DNA of 63,818 nt, the filler included, from Octopus bimaculoides (lineage: Eukaryota), in the NCBI RefSeq assembly GCF_001194135.2. It is 8 parts of 8 records of this genome, joined end to end, with 100 filler letters (N's around TTAATTAATTAA, not from the genome) between each part and the next. Parts side by side here need not be neighbours in the genome. Positions count along the whole stretch, not along the records: positions 11,919 to 16,676 come from NW_026315028.1; positions 16,777 to 35,204 come from NC_068987.1; 6 more parts are not named here. One strand, written 5' to 3'. Positions 13,676 to 26,576 of the stretch are shown here, piece by piece. The notes under the pieces were generated by a model. It saw only the letters and a list, made by a program, of their open reading frames with translations. It had not been told where the DNA came from and searched no databases. The position numbers were made by a program, and so were the translations under genes. Each line of letters begins with the position of its first letter. The stretch's first letter is position 1.

Positions 13676-13940
13676 CAATTGGATTTTAGTGATAGAAGCT
13701 TGTACAACGCTATCGCCGCTTTGAGGATCACCATAACAGGGTCCACTGACAAGCTTTGCAACATGACTGGGTCCTATTTCTCGCGAGTCTTTGTGTTCGG
13801 GCTTGTCCCACCAGAATACCCGACAAACCGTATTGGTATTGCGTACGTCCCCGAAACGAAGAGCTTAGAGTCTAAATATTGGCTGAAAAATCTCTTTAAG
13901 CCGCAGTCCCTACCTCCCTCACATTCTTTCACTCTCCTTC

Positions 13941-13990
<50 letters not shown>

Positions 13991-14369
13991 TGCACTCACG
14001 CACTACAGCGCGTGCACACAGATATGTACATCAGATATGTATGTGCGAATATATGCGTGTGAGAAGTGTAAGTATTTGTGTGTCTATGTGTAGTAAATGT
14101 GTACCTGATGCTGGTATATATAGCTTCGGATATACGTATCAGTTTGAAGGTACCTTTTAAAACAATTACGCATGCGCTAACGCGCACATCATGTGACCAT
14201 AGATCTCTCGCTCTCTCTCTCTTTTGTTCTCTTAGTGCATATGTATGTAGGTATGTATATCTATCTATCTATCCATCTTTCGTTTTTTCCTTTATTTCGC
14301 TATATGTGTTGGTATGTAGTATGCGTCGATATGTGTGTGTACGCATGCGTGAGTGTGTGTGCATATGCA

Positions 14370-14448
<79 letters not shown>

Positions 14449-15177
14449 GTATAACTCTATCTCTTCTTGAGATTTTGTAACTAGCTACTTTGCTTATATA
14501 TATATATATATATATACATCTATACATATGCGTATATATATGTGTGCGTGCGTGTGTGTGTCCTCTTTGGTTACGTGTACGCATTTTGTAGATGCCTGTA
14601 TGAATATTTACGCATATGTGTTCGTGTGTGTGAAAGAGAGATGTACACGTACACACAAACATAGAGATAAAGTATTGTATGTGAGAGAAAGACAGAAAGA
14701 TAGCTTGAGAAGGGGAGAGAAAGAAAGACAGAGGAAGAGACAAAATTTATATGCGGATATGTGTAGAAGACCATGTTTGAATATTTTATAGGAAATAGGA
14801 GAATCCAAAGCGTTAAATGACGCCGAATTTCCTAACAGCCGACATGATGAAAGAAATAGATAGTTATAGCGATTTCTTCCTTGATTTGCGATTTCACATG
14901 CAGTTTTGCGGTTGGCACCAGTTAAGCATCTAGTTTTAACAGCTGCACGTTATGCAGCTAAATGCATGCACTGTTGCTTCTTGTGGCAAAGTTTTACAAC
15001 AAAAATTAGATAAAATCAAAAACGAAAACGTACATTTTAAAATGCATGCATAAGCAGATTTTATTTTAGACACGATTACGTGATAAACATACGTATTATA
15101 TTGTGTTATTTGTATATTTTTGGGATGTATTTAAATGTAATCTTCCTCTACGTCACCATCGCTTAGTTTATTGTCAA

Positions 15178-15325
15178 TTGGGAGAACCGTGAAGGCGCCG
15201 GATATATGCATTGTGATAACAGTTCCGGTTCTCCTCGTTATGAGTTCAAATTCTGCCAAGGGCAGTTTCACTTTTCATATTCCCATAAGTCAACAGAGTA
15301 CAGGTCAAGTACTGCGGCAGATTCT
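15178..15325 (+). mobile_element. Highly diverged SINE family 1 copy
   Basis: B-box GAGTTCAAATTCTGCC, CTTTTCAT and AGTACAG..AAGTACTG in the family order. Confidence 0.45.
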
Positions 15326-15587
15326 TCAAATATGGTTGATTGTCCTTTTCTCATTCTTAAAAAAAAAAGATCCTGACGTGTTAGAGTTACAGTTAAAGAA
15401 GAGTGGGGAGGCAGAGGGGGCGATGTAGAACCGAGAAACGTTGGCATTTTTTCTTCACAGATATATATTTGATGCAGTGAATATCGGTGAGTGACAGAAA
15501 ATATAAGTAAAATATGAATAAAGCTGAGAGAGGGCTATGAGGTGCATATGTATGTCCATGCGCACGAATATATATACATCCACACAC

Positions 15588-15620
<33 letters not shown>

Positions 15621-16776
15621 TAATATATATATATATATATATATATANNNNNNNNNNNNNNNNNNNNNNNNNNNNNNNNNNNNNNNNNNNNNNNNNNNNN
15701 NNNNNNNNNNNNNNNNNNNNNNNNNNNNNNNNNNNNNNNNNNNNNNNNNNNNNNNNNNNNNNNNNNNNNNNNNNNNNNNNNNNNNNNNNNNNNNNNNNNN
15801 NNNNNNNNNNNNNNNNNNNNNNNNNNNNNNNNNNNNNNNNNNNNNNNNNNNNNNNNNNNNNNNNNNNNNNNNNNNNNNNNNNNNNNNNNNNNNNNNNNNN
15901 NNNNNNNNNNNNNNNNNNNNNNNNNNNNNNNNNNNNNNNNNNNNNNNNNNNNNNNNNNNNNNNNNNNNNNNNNNNNNNNNNNNNNNNNNNNNNNNNNNNN
16001 NNNNNNNNNNNNNNNNNNNNNNNNNNNNNNNNTATATAATACAGAATGGGATAAGCTAGGTGATACAAGAAAGGCACAAAACAAACAGATGGACGATACA
16101 GAGAAAACACGGACAGGTCATTCGGAGTTTTCCCTCTTCAGTCGAGATCCAGAAACAGCTGAGAGCTAACGATATTCATTGCATATTCTTCTATTCTTCC
16201 GTCATTTATCTATGTGTGTAACATTTCTGTGCATCTATGTATCTATTTTATATATCTCTATATATATCTGTGGGGCTATAGCTCTATATATCTGTCAATC
16301 TATCCGTTTCATATAGAAAAATCTACTCAAACACATACACTCACACACATAGCTATATAAATATTTATCTATATATCCTCAAATATACGTATGCTTAACA
16401 ATTCGTGTACAGAAAATACAAACACATACACAACATGTGTATATTCATGTGTGACCATGTATGTACATGTGTGTATACGTGTGTGTAGGTTTTACGGGTG
16501 CATATTTTTATAATACACAATATACATGCAGGCAAAATAACATCGTCTATATGCAAACTATGAAAAAATATACTCGACAGCGTGGCAAAAGGTGTCTGAG
16601 TTGACGGGAAAGAGGATAAACATCGTGACTCTTCACGTGCTTAACAAATCTACCCTCAGTGCAAATGTGGGGTATANNNNNNNNNNNNNNNNNNNNNNNN
16701 NNNNNNNNNNNNNNNNNNNNTTAATTAATTAANNNNNNNNNNNNNNNNNNNNNNNNNNNNNNNNNNNNNNNNNNNN

Positions 16777-16836
<60 letters not shown>

Positions 16837-17145
16837 TGTGTGTGTGTGGCGGAATGTTGATATGAATACCAAGAATGGTTTGGTAAACAACCCGTCTACG
16901 TTTGATTGAAGTTTTGCTGGGATTATTGGATTATTGCCGATAGTCAGACAGAACCGATTTCTTCAACGGGAGGAGCCTCTAGGTGGATGCTCCATTTGCA
17001 CGAAATAGCAGACCATCATACCTAATATCACAGCCTAGTTTCATAGAAAACCCCTAGATCATTCTTATGTCCGATCAGAGCTGATCCAGTGTTAAACAAT
17101 ATCAATTACTTCTACACAAGCCACCATGTTCGGCCAATCTGCATG

Positions 17146-17250
17146 TTTTAGGAAAACAGACGGAAATCCATCCGGACCTGTCGCTGAGTTTGAGCTCATC
17201 TCATCAATGCCCAATATTACTGTTTCCTCTTTTATTTCAATATAATCGAT
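17146..17250 (-). pseudogene. LINE (CR1/L2-like) ORF2 fragment just upstream of the RT domain
   Basis: IDYIEIKEETVILGIDEMSSNSATGPDGFPSVFLK contains the GPDG motif of apurinic-endonuclease LINEs. Confidence 0.6.
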
Positions 17251-18193
17251 GGTTGCATTTTTCCTATGTATGCCTACAGTGTTGAAGAGCCCTTTAGGCT
17301 CACCCGCTTGCCAGTTTCCCAAGGAGAGATGAAGATTTTACTAATGAATTCGCTGGAACCATTTTTTTTTTATCTTACTCTGGGCCATCAGCTGCACGTC
17401 ATGTGTCTTCACCAGAGAGATTATAAACTTTCAGGGCAGAATTTCGGCGAAAGGACACCATCCTTTCTTTCCCTGCGGCACAAGTGTCAGAGACCCTAAA
17501 CAGAGGTCACGGGTTGTTGTCACCCCTTATCTGATGAAGCTATAAACAACACAAATTGAAATAAAAACTAACAGTCAAATGTACTTCCTTATGTCAGGAG
17601 TATTTCAAGAGTACTCACATAGTATATATTGAGTATAATGATATATACTCTTATATACATACGTCCATACACATCTACAACAGCAAAAACGCACACATAT
17701 ATATATATATCCAAACACACACACACTCACACACATATACACACACATATATATATCCAGATACATATAAACATGTCTATATACATAGATACGAAACGTA
17801 GAGGTGCATACAAATGTAATTGTGTATTCATACACTAATAGACGCACAAACACACACATACATGTCTGTGTGTAAGCATGTGTGTAAGCGCATGCGTATA
17901 TGCGTGTTTGTGTGTATGTGTGTAAGGATACGCAGATATTTCTATGCGTGTGTGTGTGTGTGTGCGTGTTGGCGATGGCACAGGAAGTCAGATATTACAA
18001 TCTCCAGTTATTTTGTAGTGACGTTAGTTTAGATATTTACAGACACGTGATATAAAAATTCCTGGAGAGGCACATATTTTTTATTAAACGTACACATACA
18101 CACATATACACACGCTGACGCCGACACATGCATAAATACATATGTGCATGCGTGTGCGTATCTGTATTAATACAACACTTTATATACATATTA

Positions 18194-18226
<33 letters not shown>

Positions 18227-18498
18227 TACATTATATCGAGATACAAATGCTCATAAAGATGCATACATTTACGCATGCGTAAATGTGATTATTCGTACGG
18301 GTGTATATACATAAGCTCGTATGTGTGTATGTGTGTGTGTAAGTATATACATGTATGTAAGTATATATCTATGTCTTAATTGCTTGCGTTCACACATAGA
18401 TACTTTACCGTGGAACTTTTCGAGACGTGCATGCACGCATAGACACACATACATACATACACATTTATATTCATACAGATAGACATGTGAATGTCTGA

Positions 18499-18565
<67 letters not shown>

Positions 18566-18567
18566 CG

Positions 18568-18600
<33 letters not shown>

Positions 18601-19750
18601 ATATATCATATATATATATATGTATATATATATGAATGTAAATGTATATATACACCTATATAGACATGTGTGTGTACGTGTGGGTAAGTGCGTGTGTGTA
18701 TGTGTATGTGTGTGGTGAGCGAGTGTAAATGTATAGGTATTGTAAATCAATTACTCGAACAACGAAGCGATATCATCAATGGCTGCACAATGGCCAAATT
18801 GTTTCTCCCCTCCTCTGATAATGTCTTACTTTTCTAATATTCTGTATAAATCAAAGCTAAAACTAGCGTGAAAACATGAATGAAATTATGAAAAAAATTT
18901 ATTTGTTTTCATTGTGAAGGGGATGAATGATGATTTTGGCAGGTGAAACCGAACTGCAGTCCTTTCTTGTGAGTCATTGCGTAATCTGGTGCCGAAATGG
19001 AAAACACAACTGTCGGACTGTTTCCAAGTAGCAGCAGGTAAAATGGTTTATCTTGCAAGAACTATCATACGAAGATTTCTGTTCGTTTAGGCGAAATTAA
19101 ATGGTAATAAAATATAATGATCATTACATACATATATACAAGAGTACGTTCAAACGCATACACACACACACAACACACAAATACACACGAACGCACACAT
19201 ACACACATTTATATATATATATATGTAATGAGANNNNNNNNNNNNNNNNNNNNNNNNNNNNNNNNNNNNNNNNNNNNNNNNNNNNNNNNNNNNNNNNNNN
19301 NNNNNNNNNNNNNNNNNNNNNNNNNNNNNNNNNNNNNNNNNNNNNNNNNNNNNNNNNNNNNNNNNNNNNNNNNNNNNNNNNNTATATATATATATATATA
19401 TATATGCATGCATTCATTCATACATCCGTACATTCATACATACTTCACATATTACATAGACAGAGATTGATAAACGCACATTTATGTATATGTATATGAA
19501 TGTGTATATATATATATATATGTACGTACGTATGTATGTATGTATGTATGTATATGTATGTATATTAATTTATACAGATATTAACGAAACGCGCATGTGT
19601 GTGTGCATGTGTGTGAGCGTGTGTCTGTATGTGTGTGTTTTCATGAATGGATTATATAATATACTAAACTATGTATGTTTGCGTGTTGTAGAAATCTCCA
19701 CTGAGCATTACTTCTATCTACTACACCCGTCCCCACAGATATACATCGAT

Positions 19751-19811
<61 letters not shown>

Positions 19812-20239
19812 CACATATCAATGTATGTATGTATGTATGTACATTTTTTACTCAGAACTAGTAATCTTTGATAACGCCGCTTCATGTGGTCGGTTAAATA
19901 AATAGATCTTAGCTCCAATCTATGGCTCGGTTCCAAATGGTTGCCACCTTGCTGGCAAACCGTTCCTTTGTGTCTATCTGCACCAAATATTCCAGCCATC
20001 AATTCTGAGAATGATGACTTACACAAAACAGAGGCGAAACATGCATCTTTGTCTGTCTAGAAGAAAACCTGGCCGTTGCTGTTGAAACACTTAATGAACG
20101 AACAATCTAACCTGCAGGCACCATTCCACCACACACGAACCAAATAGTGACCTGTCGCTCCTGCCGCTAGAAATAGCAGCCAAATACCCCCTTATTAATC
20201 AACGATGAATGAACTGATGAGGAAACCTCTACAGGGTTA

Positions 20240-20575
20240 GGAGCAGGTGTAGCTGGGTTGTAAGAAGCCTCCTTCCCGACCCCATGGTTCCGGGTTCACT
20301 CCCATTGTGTTTCGCATTGGGCAAGTATCTTTCACTAAAGCCTTTTGAATGGATTTCGTGAAGGGAAACTGAAAGAAGCCCGTCGTCTCTATGTGTGTGT
20401 CTGTATTTGTAGTTGTTCCCCACCACCACCACAACCGCCGCCGCCGCCTCGTAACTGGTGTTTCTTTATTTAATTCCGATTTAGCCGTTCGGTTTGAAAA
20501 TAAGTACAGGGGGCGATTTGTTTGACTAAACCCTTGAAGATGGGGTACCAACATCTCCGCATTCTAATGAATGAA
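20240..20575 (+). mobile_element. Near full-length SINE family 2
   Basis: Head, GAAACTGAAAGAAGCCCGTCG, short internal microsatellite, 3-prime half with AATAAGTAC..GATTTGTTTGACTAA. Confidence 0.8.
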
Positions 20576-20850
20576 AATATACAAAACTTTTAGACATATT
20601 TATATTTCTTTGAATGAAACAAGTTTTAGCTTTTAACATAGGAAGTAAATATGATTTAACACAGGTTTATATATATATTTATATAGATGGGAGTAAAAAT
20701 ACAAACATTACGTTTCTTATGGGAAATATTTTGCTTTAACATTCTTCCTGGAAATGTATTAGAATATATTTTCACATGGTGAGTTTTGCACACACAACGC
20801 AAAAAGAGAAACAGAGAAAGAGGGGGGAGAGAGTGGCAGAGAGAGGGAGG

Positions 20851-20882
<32 letters not shown>

Positions 20883-22048
20883 ACACGAGATGGGGAGAGA
20901 ATTAGAAAGAGAGAGAAATCACATTGTTGAAAAGTCTTACAAAAAATTTTTTACTGATTAAATTTTACAGCATGTTGTGGCTGAAAGGATTTCTGCGGTA
21001 GAATAAAGATCATCGTTTGCACCATCGTTCAGCTAAACAAAATTCAAGGTGCTTTGATGGTAAATTGCTGTACATGAATACAAACATATATACATACATA
21101 CATACATACATACATGTTTATATATAATTATAATTAGGGTTCACCAAAATTGCTTCACCACATACCGAAATTTAAAAATAACAGTTAAATACTATTCCAC
21201 TACCATAAGAAATCTCCCAGACAGCAATGCTCACAATTGACGTAGATCTGGTGGAAGCTCCGCACAAATCCTCGGTAGACGTGATCGTCCGTGTCATTTG
21301 GAGACACCAGTTTGTGAATATCATGACAAAGTGATTTTTCTTAACCAATTAGAATCGCTTTTACTATAACCGCTGTGGTAATAACAACACTTATATCTAC
21401 CTTCAAAATTGATCATGAGTGAAGTTTACGCGACCCCGAAACTCCAAGTAACGATGGAATCATTCATAATCTGTTTTGCTGAAAACTATAAACTCTACAC
21501 AATGTATTGAGCACTCTTATCAAACGTAGACTCACACAAACAGTTGTAAACATACACATGTAAATGCACGCGCGCACACATAAACAGCTATGTACACATA
21601 TAAAATGATGCATATGTGTGAGTGCATTCGTACAAGTAATTAGCCGTGATGTACAAATAATATAAGATTGCACTTCAATATATCATTGTCTGAGTGTGTG
21701 TGTATGTGTGTGTGCGTGTGTGTGTGTGTAAGCGTAATTGAGCGTCTATGTTAGTGTGTGTTATTTCTTCACCGTTTAATACACGACTAGAGTTTCATGT
21801 AATGAGTAAAGCAGCCATATTTGCTGGAGGATGCCTCTGTCTTTTTCAAATGAGGAGGAAAAGTGACGAATTAAATTCAGGGGAAGATGAATAGATTGAA
21901 CGAGTCCTAAGTAATTTAAACAACAAAATGCAGTTACATCACACACAACTAATGAATATCTGGGGAGGTATACAGTTACTGTTGTATAAACACACTTCAA
22001 ACATGGGTGTATGTATGTGTGAATATACATATACATACATATATGTAC

Positions 22049-22080
<32 letters not shown>

Positions 22081-23785
22081 ATATNNNNNNNNNNNNNNNN
22101 NNNNNNNNNNNNNNNNNNNNNNNNNNNNNNNNNNNNNNNNNNNNNNNNNNNNNNNNNNNNNNNNNNNNNNNNNNNNNNNNNNNNNNNNNNNNNNNNNNNN
22201 NNNNNNNNNNNNNNNNNNNNNNNNNNNNNNNNNNNNNNNNNNNNNNNNNNNNNNNNNNNNNNNNNNNNNNNNNNNNNNNNNNNNNNNNNNNNNNNNNNNN
22301 NNNNNNNNNNNNNNNNNNNNNNNNNNNNNNNNNNNNNNNNNNNNNNNNNNNNNNNNNNNNNNNNNNNNNNNNNNNNNNNNNNNNNNNNNNNNNNNNNNNN
22401 NNNNNNNNNNNNNNNNNNNNNNNNNNNNNNNNNNNNNNNNNNNNNNNNNNNNNNNNNNNNNNNNNNNNNATATATATATATATATATATATAATGTACAC
22501 ACAAACGCACAGACATATACATAATATGCGTACACATTTATATGTGTGTGTACGGATATATCTGTGTATATCATTTCTTCATAGTGTAATAGTATAGCAT
22601 CTTTACAGTCAATATATTATATATTTACATGCACCATACACCCCTATGATATATTTTCTTAGTCAACTGCCGGCTGGAGATTCCACAGATCTCGAAGCCT
22701 TTCTAAGTTAGTGCTCCCACCAACGCCACAAACCAATATCCATCCAACAAAGGAATGTTAAAGTATTGTTCTGCACACTGTTTTCCACTTCCATGTTGCT
22801 ACCACCACAGTAACCCTGATGCAACTATAATACTTTAACCCATACTGCAAGCAATTTGTTCTGTTACTGAGTAGGGCCATGTTCTTTGTTCTTTGTACTC
22901 AGCTTTCATCTTTCGCCCTTACATCTCTTCTGTATGTCTTTCATTTCTTTTCTGCATTTCTTCTTTATCCATGTCCATGATGAAGCATTTTATGCGTCCT
23001 TTTTGAGCCCACCAATCATAGTTCTGCTATCAAATGTCATGAACGTACAACACGATCGATTTAGCTATGCACTAACACAATTTTACAACCATCCACATAT
23101 CATGAACAGCTCCCTAAATCTTTCATATTTTTGTCCATTCCATTCCGGTATTAACCAAATATTACCTTTCCAAAACAACACCAACTCTACTGCAAACAGG
23201 ACATTTTTGTCAAGTCAAATCACATCCATTTAAACAGTTTAGCTTCGATATTGTAAATTGTTATTACGAGAACTTCCTTCGTATCAACCAGCATCTTTCA
23301 GTATTCGGAAATAAGGATCTCCTTTTCGCCCCTTCTGCACATTTTCCCCCATGATTGTCGCAAATACCCAGATGAAACTTGGCGTTGAGTTTCGCCCAAT
23401 TATCATTGTTGTATTTTTGCTTCAGTGTCCCAGGAATGATACCAAAGTTTAGATAATGTTGCCAGACATATCCTACAAGAAATTACTTGTATGCAATCGC
23501 AGTATGTTGCAATGATGCATAAGCACACCATCGATAATTAGACAACAGATCAATAATACTAACATCGCTCCACCGTCAAATAATGGATAGAAATATTTCA
23601 GACATTGCTTTGAAAAGGAAATGCAATCTGCTTGATTCCATTTTCCTGAACATATTCCATCACAGTCTCCTTGCTAAGTTGTCTTCAATGCTGCCCGCCC
23701 TCATCACCTTCCTAATCTCTACATTATTTACGTTATTTACATTATTTACATTTGACGGATAATTGTCCTCATCTTGTTTATTGTT

Positions 23786-23831
23786 AACACAACGTTTCGG
23801 CTGATGTGCCTTCCAGCCTTCATCGGGTGTC
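23786..23831 (-). ncRNA. Minimal type-I hammerhead ribozyme (left arm)
   Basis: GACAC-CCGATGA-A-GGCTG-gaaggcacat-CAGCC-GAAAC-GTT-GTGTT: helix I GACAC/GTGTT, helix II GGCTG/CAGCC, palindromic ACGT helix III, GUU triplet. Confidence 0.75.
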
Positions 23832-23865
23832 TTGGGGAAATTTCGAACTTGGGTTCTCATTCCAC

Positions 23866-23937
23866 GGGCATATGGCGAAGAAGTTAAGAGCGCGAGCTAC
23901 TAACCCCTAGATTACGAGTTCGACTCCAGGCAGTGAT

Positions 23938-23940
<3 letters not shown>
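23866..23940 (+). promoter_or_regulatory. tRNA-derived head with Pol III A-box/B-box-like motifs
   Basis: TATGGCGAAGAAGTTAAG (A-box-like), GAGTTCGACTCC at 23916-23927 (B-box), anticodon-like loop CTACTAA; no complete acceptor stem. Confidence 0.7.
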
Positions 23941-24027
<87 letters not shown>

Positions 24028-24150
24028 AAGAAGAAGAAGAAGAAGAAGAAGAAGAAGAACGACAACAACAACAACAACAACAACAACAATAATAATAATA
24101 ACCTCGAAAAATACCTTAGGAATGAGAACCCAGGTTCGAAATTTCCCCAA

Positions 24151-24196
24151 GACACCTGATAAAGTCTGGAGGGTATATCAGCCGAAATGTTGTGTT
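24151..24196 (+). ncRNA. Minimal type-I hammerhead ribozyme (right arm), mutated core
   Basis: GACAC-CTGATAA-A-GTCTG-gagggtatat-CAGCC-GAAAT-GTT-GTGTT; the G8A and C15.2U changes suggest this copy is inactive. Confidence 0.7.
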
Positions 24197-25744
24197 AACA
24201 ACAAACAAGATGAGGACAAATATCTGTCAAATGTAAATAATGTAAATAATTCCTCATCTCTTCAATATAGAACTGAGTTTCCTAATCTCTACTTTTCTGC
24301 TGCACACTACCGTCCCTCATCCCCACCAAAATGGCGAATTTCTTTGATAACAATATTTTGTCTGTCTTATTGTAATTGGACATCCATTTGTAACGTATCT
24401 GTTCCAATGCCCACCCCCATTGGAACTAATAGGCACCTCACAAATCAATTCACATTTTGCATACTCATTTCTCGACAGCCTTCCCCTCACCCCTCCTGCC
24501 AATAGATTTGGCTGAAGCACCGCTACAATGGTATTCAGTCGGTCGTGAATTCTTTAGTGGTAAACCGCATCAACATCGAGCCAAAATATTGCATTAGAAG
24601 TTCTGTCCGAGATTTCATATCCGTGTGTGTGTGAGTGTGTCTACGCACGCACACATGCACACACACACACGGACACACGCACACACACAGAGGCACATAC
24701 AGACACACGCAGATACACGCACAGACACACACATATACATATAGTTAATATTACAAGATAGTTACATGATCGTTTTGATTTTTGATTTTCGAAATTTTCG
24801 TTCTGTGTGTTATTTCTGTTTTAGCGTGCGGTTTTCTATTACCTATGTGTCTCTATGTGTGTGTGTGTGTGTGTGTGCGTGTGTGTGTTTGTGTGTGTAT
24901 GCATGAGTGTTTGTCTATTTGGTGCATGTGTATGTACGTGTGCACATATCTTGAAAATGCTTGAGTTAATCGCATGTTGCCATCGAAGGATATTCATATG
25001 ACGTCTTATATGGTCGAAACCATGGCTAAATTTGTGGGCGTGTGTATATGTATATATCTGTGTCTTTATACATACTATACAGACACACACATGTGTGTGT
25101 GTATGAACATGCGTGTGTATATGCCGATATTGGTACATACATACATACATGCATACATACATACATACATACATACATACATACATACATACATACATAC
25201 ATACATGCATGCATACATGCATACAAACGCGAGCGATCTGAAGACGTATTTTAGAAATATTTCCAATGCTGAAAAGCAACTAGTTTTGGTAATAATCTTT
25301 TCAACTGATATAATGATAGAATTTGGCAGAAAATGAAATGTTCATGTTTGATAGCTGAGAACAGACAAACAGCGTTGCCAACCCCAAACGGAGCCATCAA
25401 TAATCTTTATATCTCCCCTATAAATAGACAAACCATTCTCGACCGTTCTGGTCTATTTCATGATATTTGTTATTATTTGTCTTTTTATTCTAACGCCCCC
25501 TCCCCCTATTTTTATATATTTTTTGTGATTCAATTTTTATCAACAGGTTACATTTGTTTCACTTTATTTTTCTCCGACGTAGAATAAAATTCAAATTAAG
25601 GAATATTTCTTTATAGTGGATATTTCTTTATAGTGAATAAACGTATGTGTGGTACAATAGCTCATTCCCTTCATCAGATCAACACTGCATGTCCAGAAGC
25701 ACAAGTGTGCCGCGCGTCACGTGTCAAAATGACCAAAGAGTATC

Positions 25745-25821
25745 GTGAAACGAAGTATTTTGCTAAAAAACACAACACGCCGCCCGCTCCGGAAGTCGAA
25801 CTCTCGACCTAACGATCGTGT
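25745..25821 (-). mobile_element. SINE family 3 fragment
   Basis: GTGAAACGAAGTATTTTGCT..ACACAACACGCCGCCCGCTCCGGAAGTCGAACTC matches the 29385-29688 copy. Confidence 0.6.
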
Positions 25822-26528
25822 GTGTGTGTAGGTATGTATATATCTATAGACTGGTGGACGTGACTATATATATTGGTACCTGTTTCGGTCAGCGCTTTTT
25901 TAATGTGTGTATAAAATATCAGGCTATATAAACGCGCGAGTGCTTTAGCTTGAGAGAGCGTGCTTGTGTGTATGTGAGTGGGTGTGTGTATGCGCGCACA
26001 CACAAGTGCGTTTCATTGACACTATACAGTTACACCGGAAATATAGAATGTATATATATCTATGTCATGTGTTCTCTGTTTCCTCGTCCACACCCAATAT
26101 CTGATATATACACGCTTTCAGTGCCACACTGCTCTCAACATGTTAACCCACTGGAAATCTGTATAATACCTATATACACCAGGAAACATGTGTGTGTATG
26201 TTTGCATGTATCTGTATGTGCATATATGTATATATATATAGGAGAGTGTTTGTTTAACCAAATGGATAAATATACACACACAAATCACGTAAAAGAATAT
26301 AGCCACACAGATCATACACACGTGTGTGTGTTGCGTGCGTGTGTGTGCATATATGTGTTATTGCGTGTGCGTGTGTGCATTTGTGTGTATATTTTACTTT
26401 GTACGCACGACATACATCTATGTATGTGTTTAGATCAGAGTAAACACACAAACATCAATGAGCTCACGCACTGATATAAATACAGACTCACGCTAGACTT
26501 ACAATAATAATTGCAGAATCACAGACAG

Positions 26529-26576
<48 letters not shown>

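Larger units (their letters stand above)
23723..24278 (+). mobile_element. Composite element: inverted hammerhead arm + tRNA-like head + (AAT)19(AAG)20(AAC)n + hammerhead arm + 3-prime extension
   Basis: 14-bp TSD TTCCTAATCTCTAC at 23709-23722 and 24279-24292; arms 23723-23863 (-) and 24119-24250 (+) are roughly 90% identical inverted copies. Confidence 0.85.
23250..24470 (-). pseudogene. Possible heavily decayed RLE (HERO-like) LINE fragment, split by the hammerhead element
   Basis: Minus-strand peptides DRQNIVIKEIRH (24331-24366), WNMFRKMESSRLHFLFKAM (23603-23659) and SLQHTAIAYK*FLVGYVWQH resemble the HERO post-RT/zinc-knuckle region from memory; many stops. Confidence 0.4.

Noticed and set aside
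17535-17570. CTGATGA followed by GAAAT as a hammerhead
   Set aside because: No helix II or helix I pairing and no NUH site.
18943-19037. CAG|G ... CAG|GTAAAA bounded exon candidate
   Set aside because: Stop codons in all three frames; could only be non-coding and there is no other support.
20214-20230. CTGATGAGGAAACC as a hammerhead
   Set aside because: GAAA falls inside the putative helix II loop; the rest of the core is absent.
25603-25635. 16-bp direct duplication ATATTTCTTTATAGTG
   Set aside because: Consistent with simple slippage; no evidence for an excision footprint.
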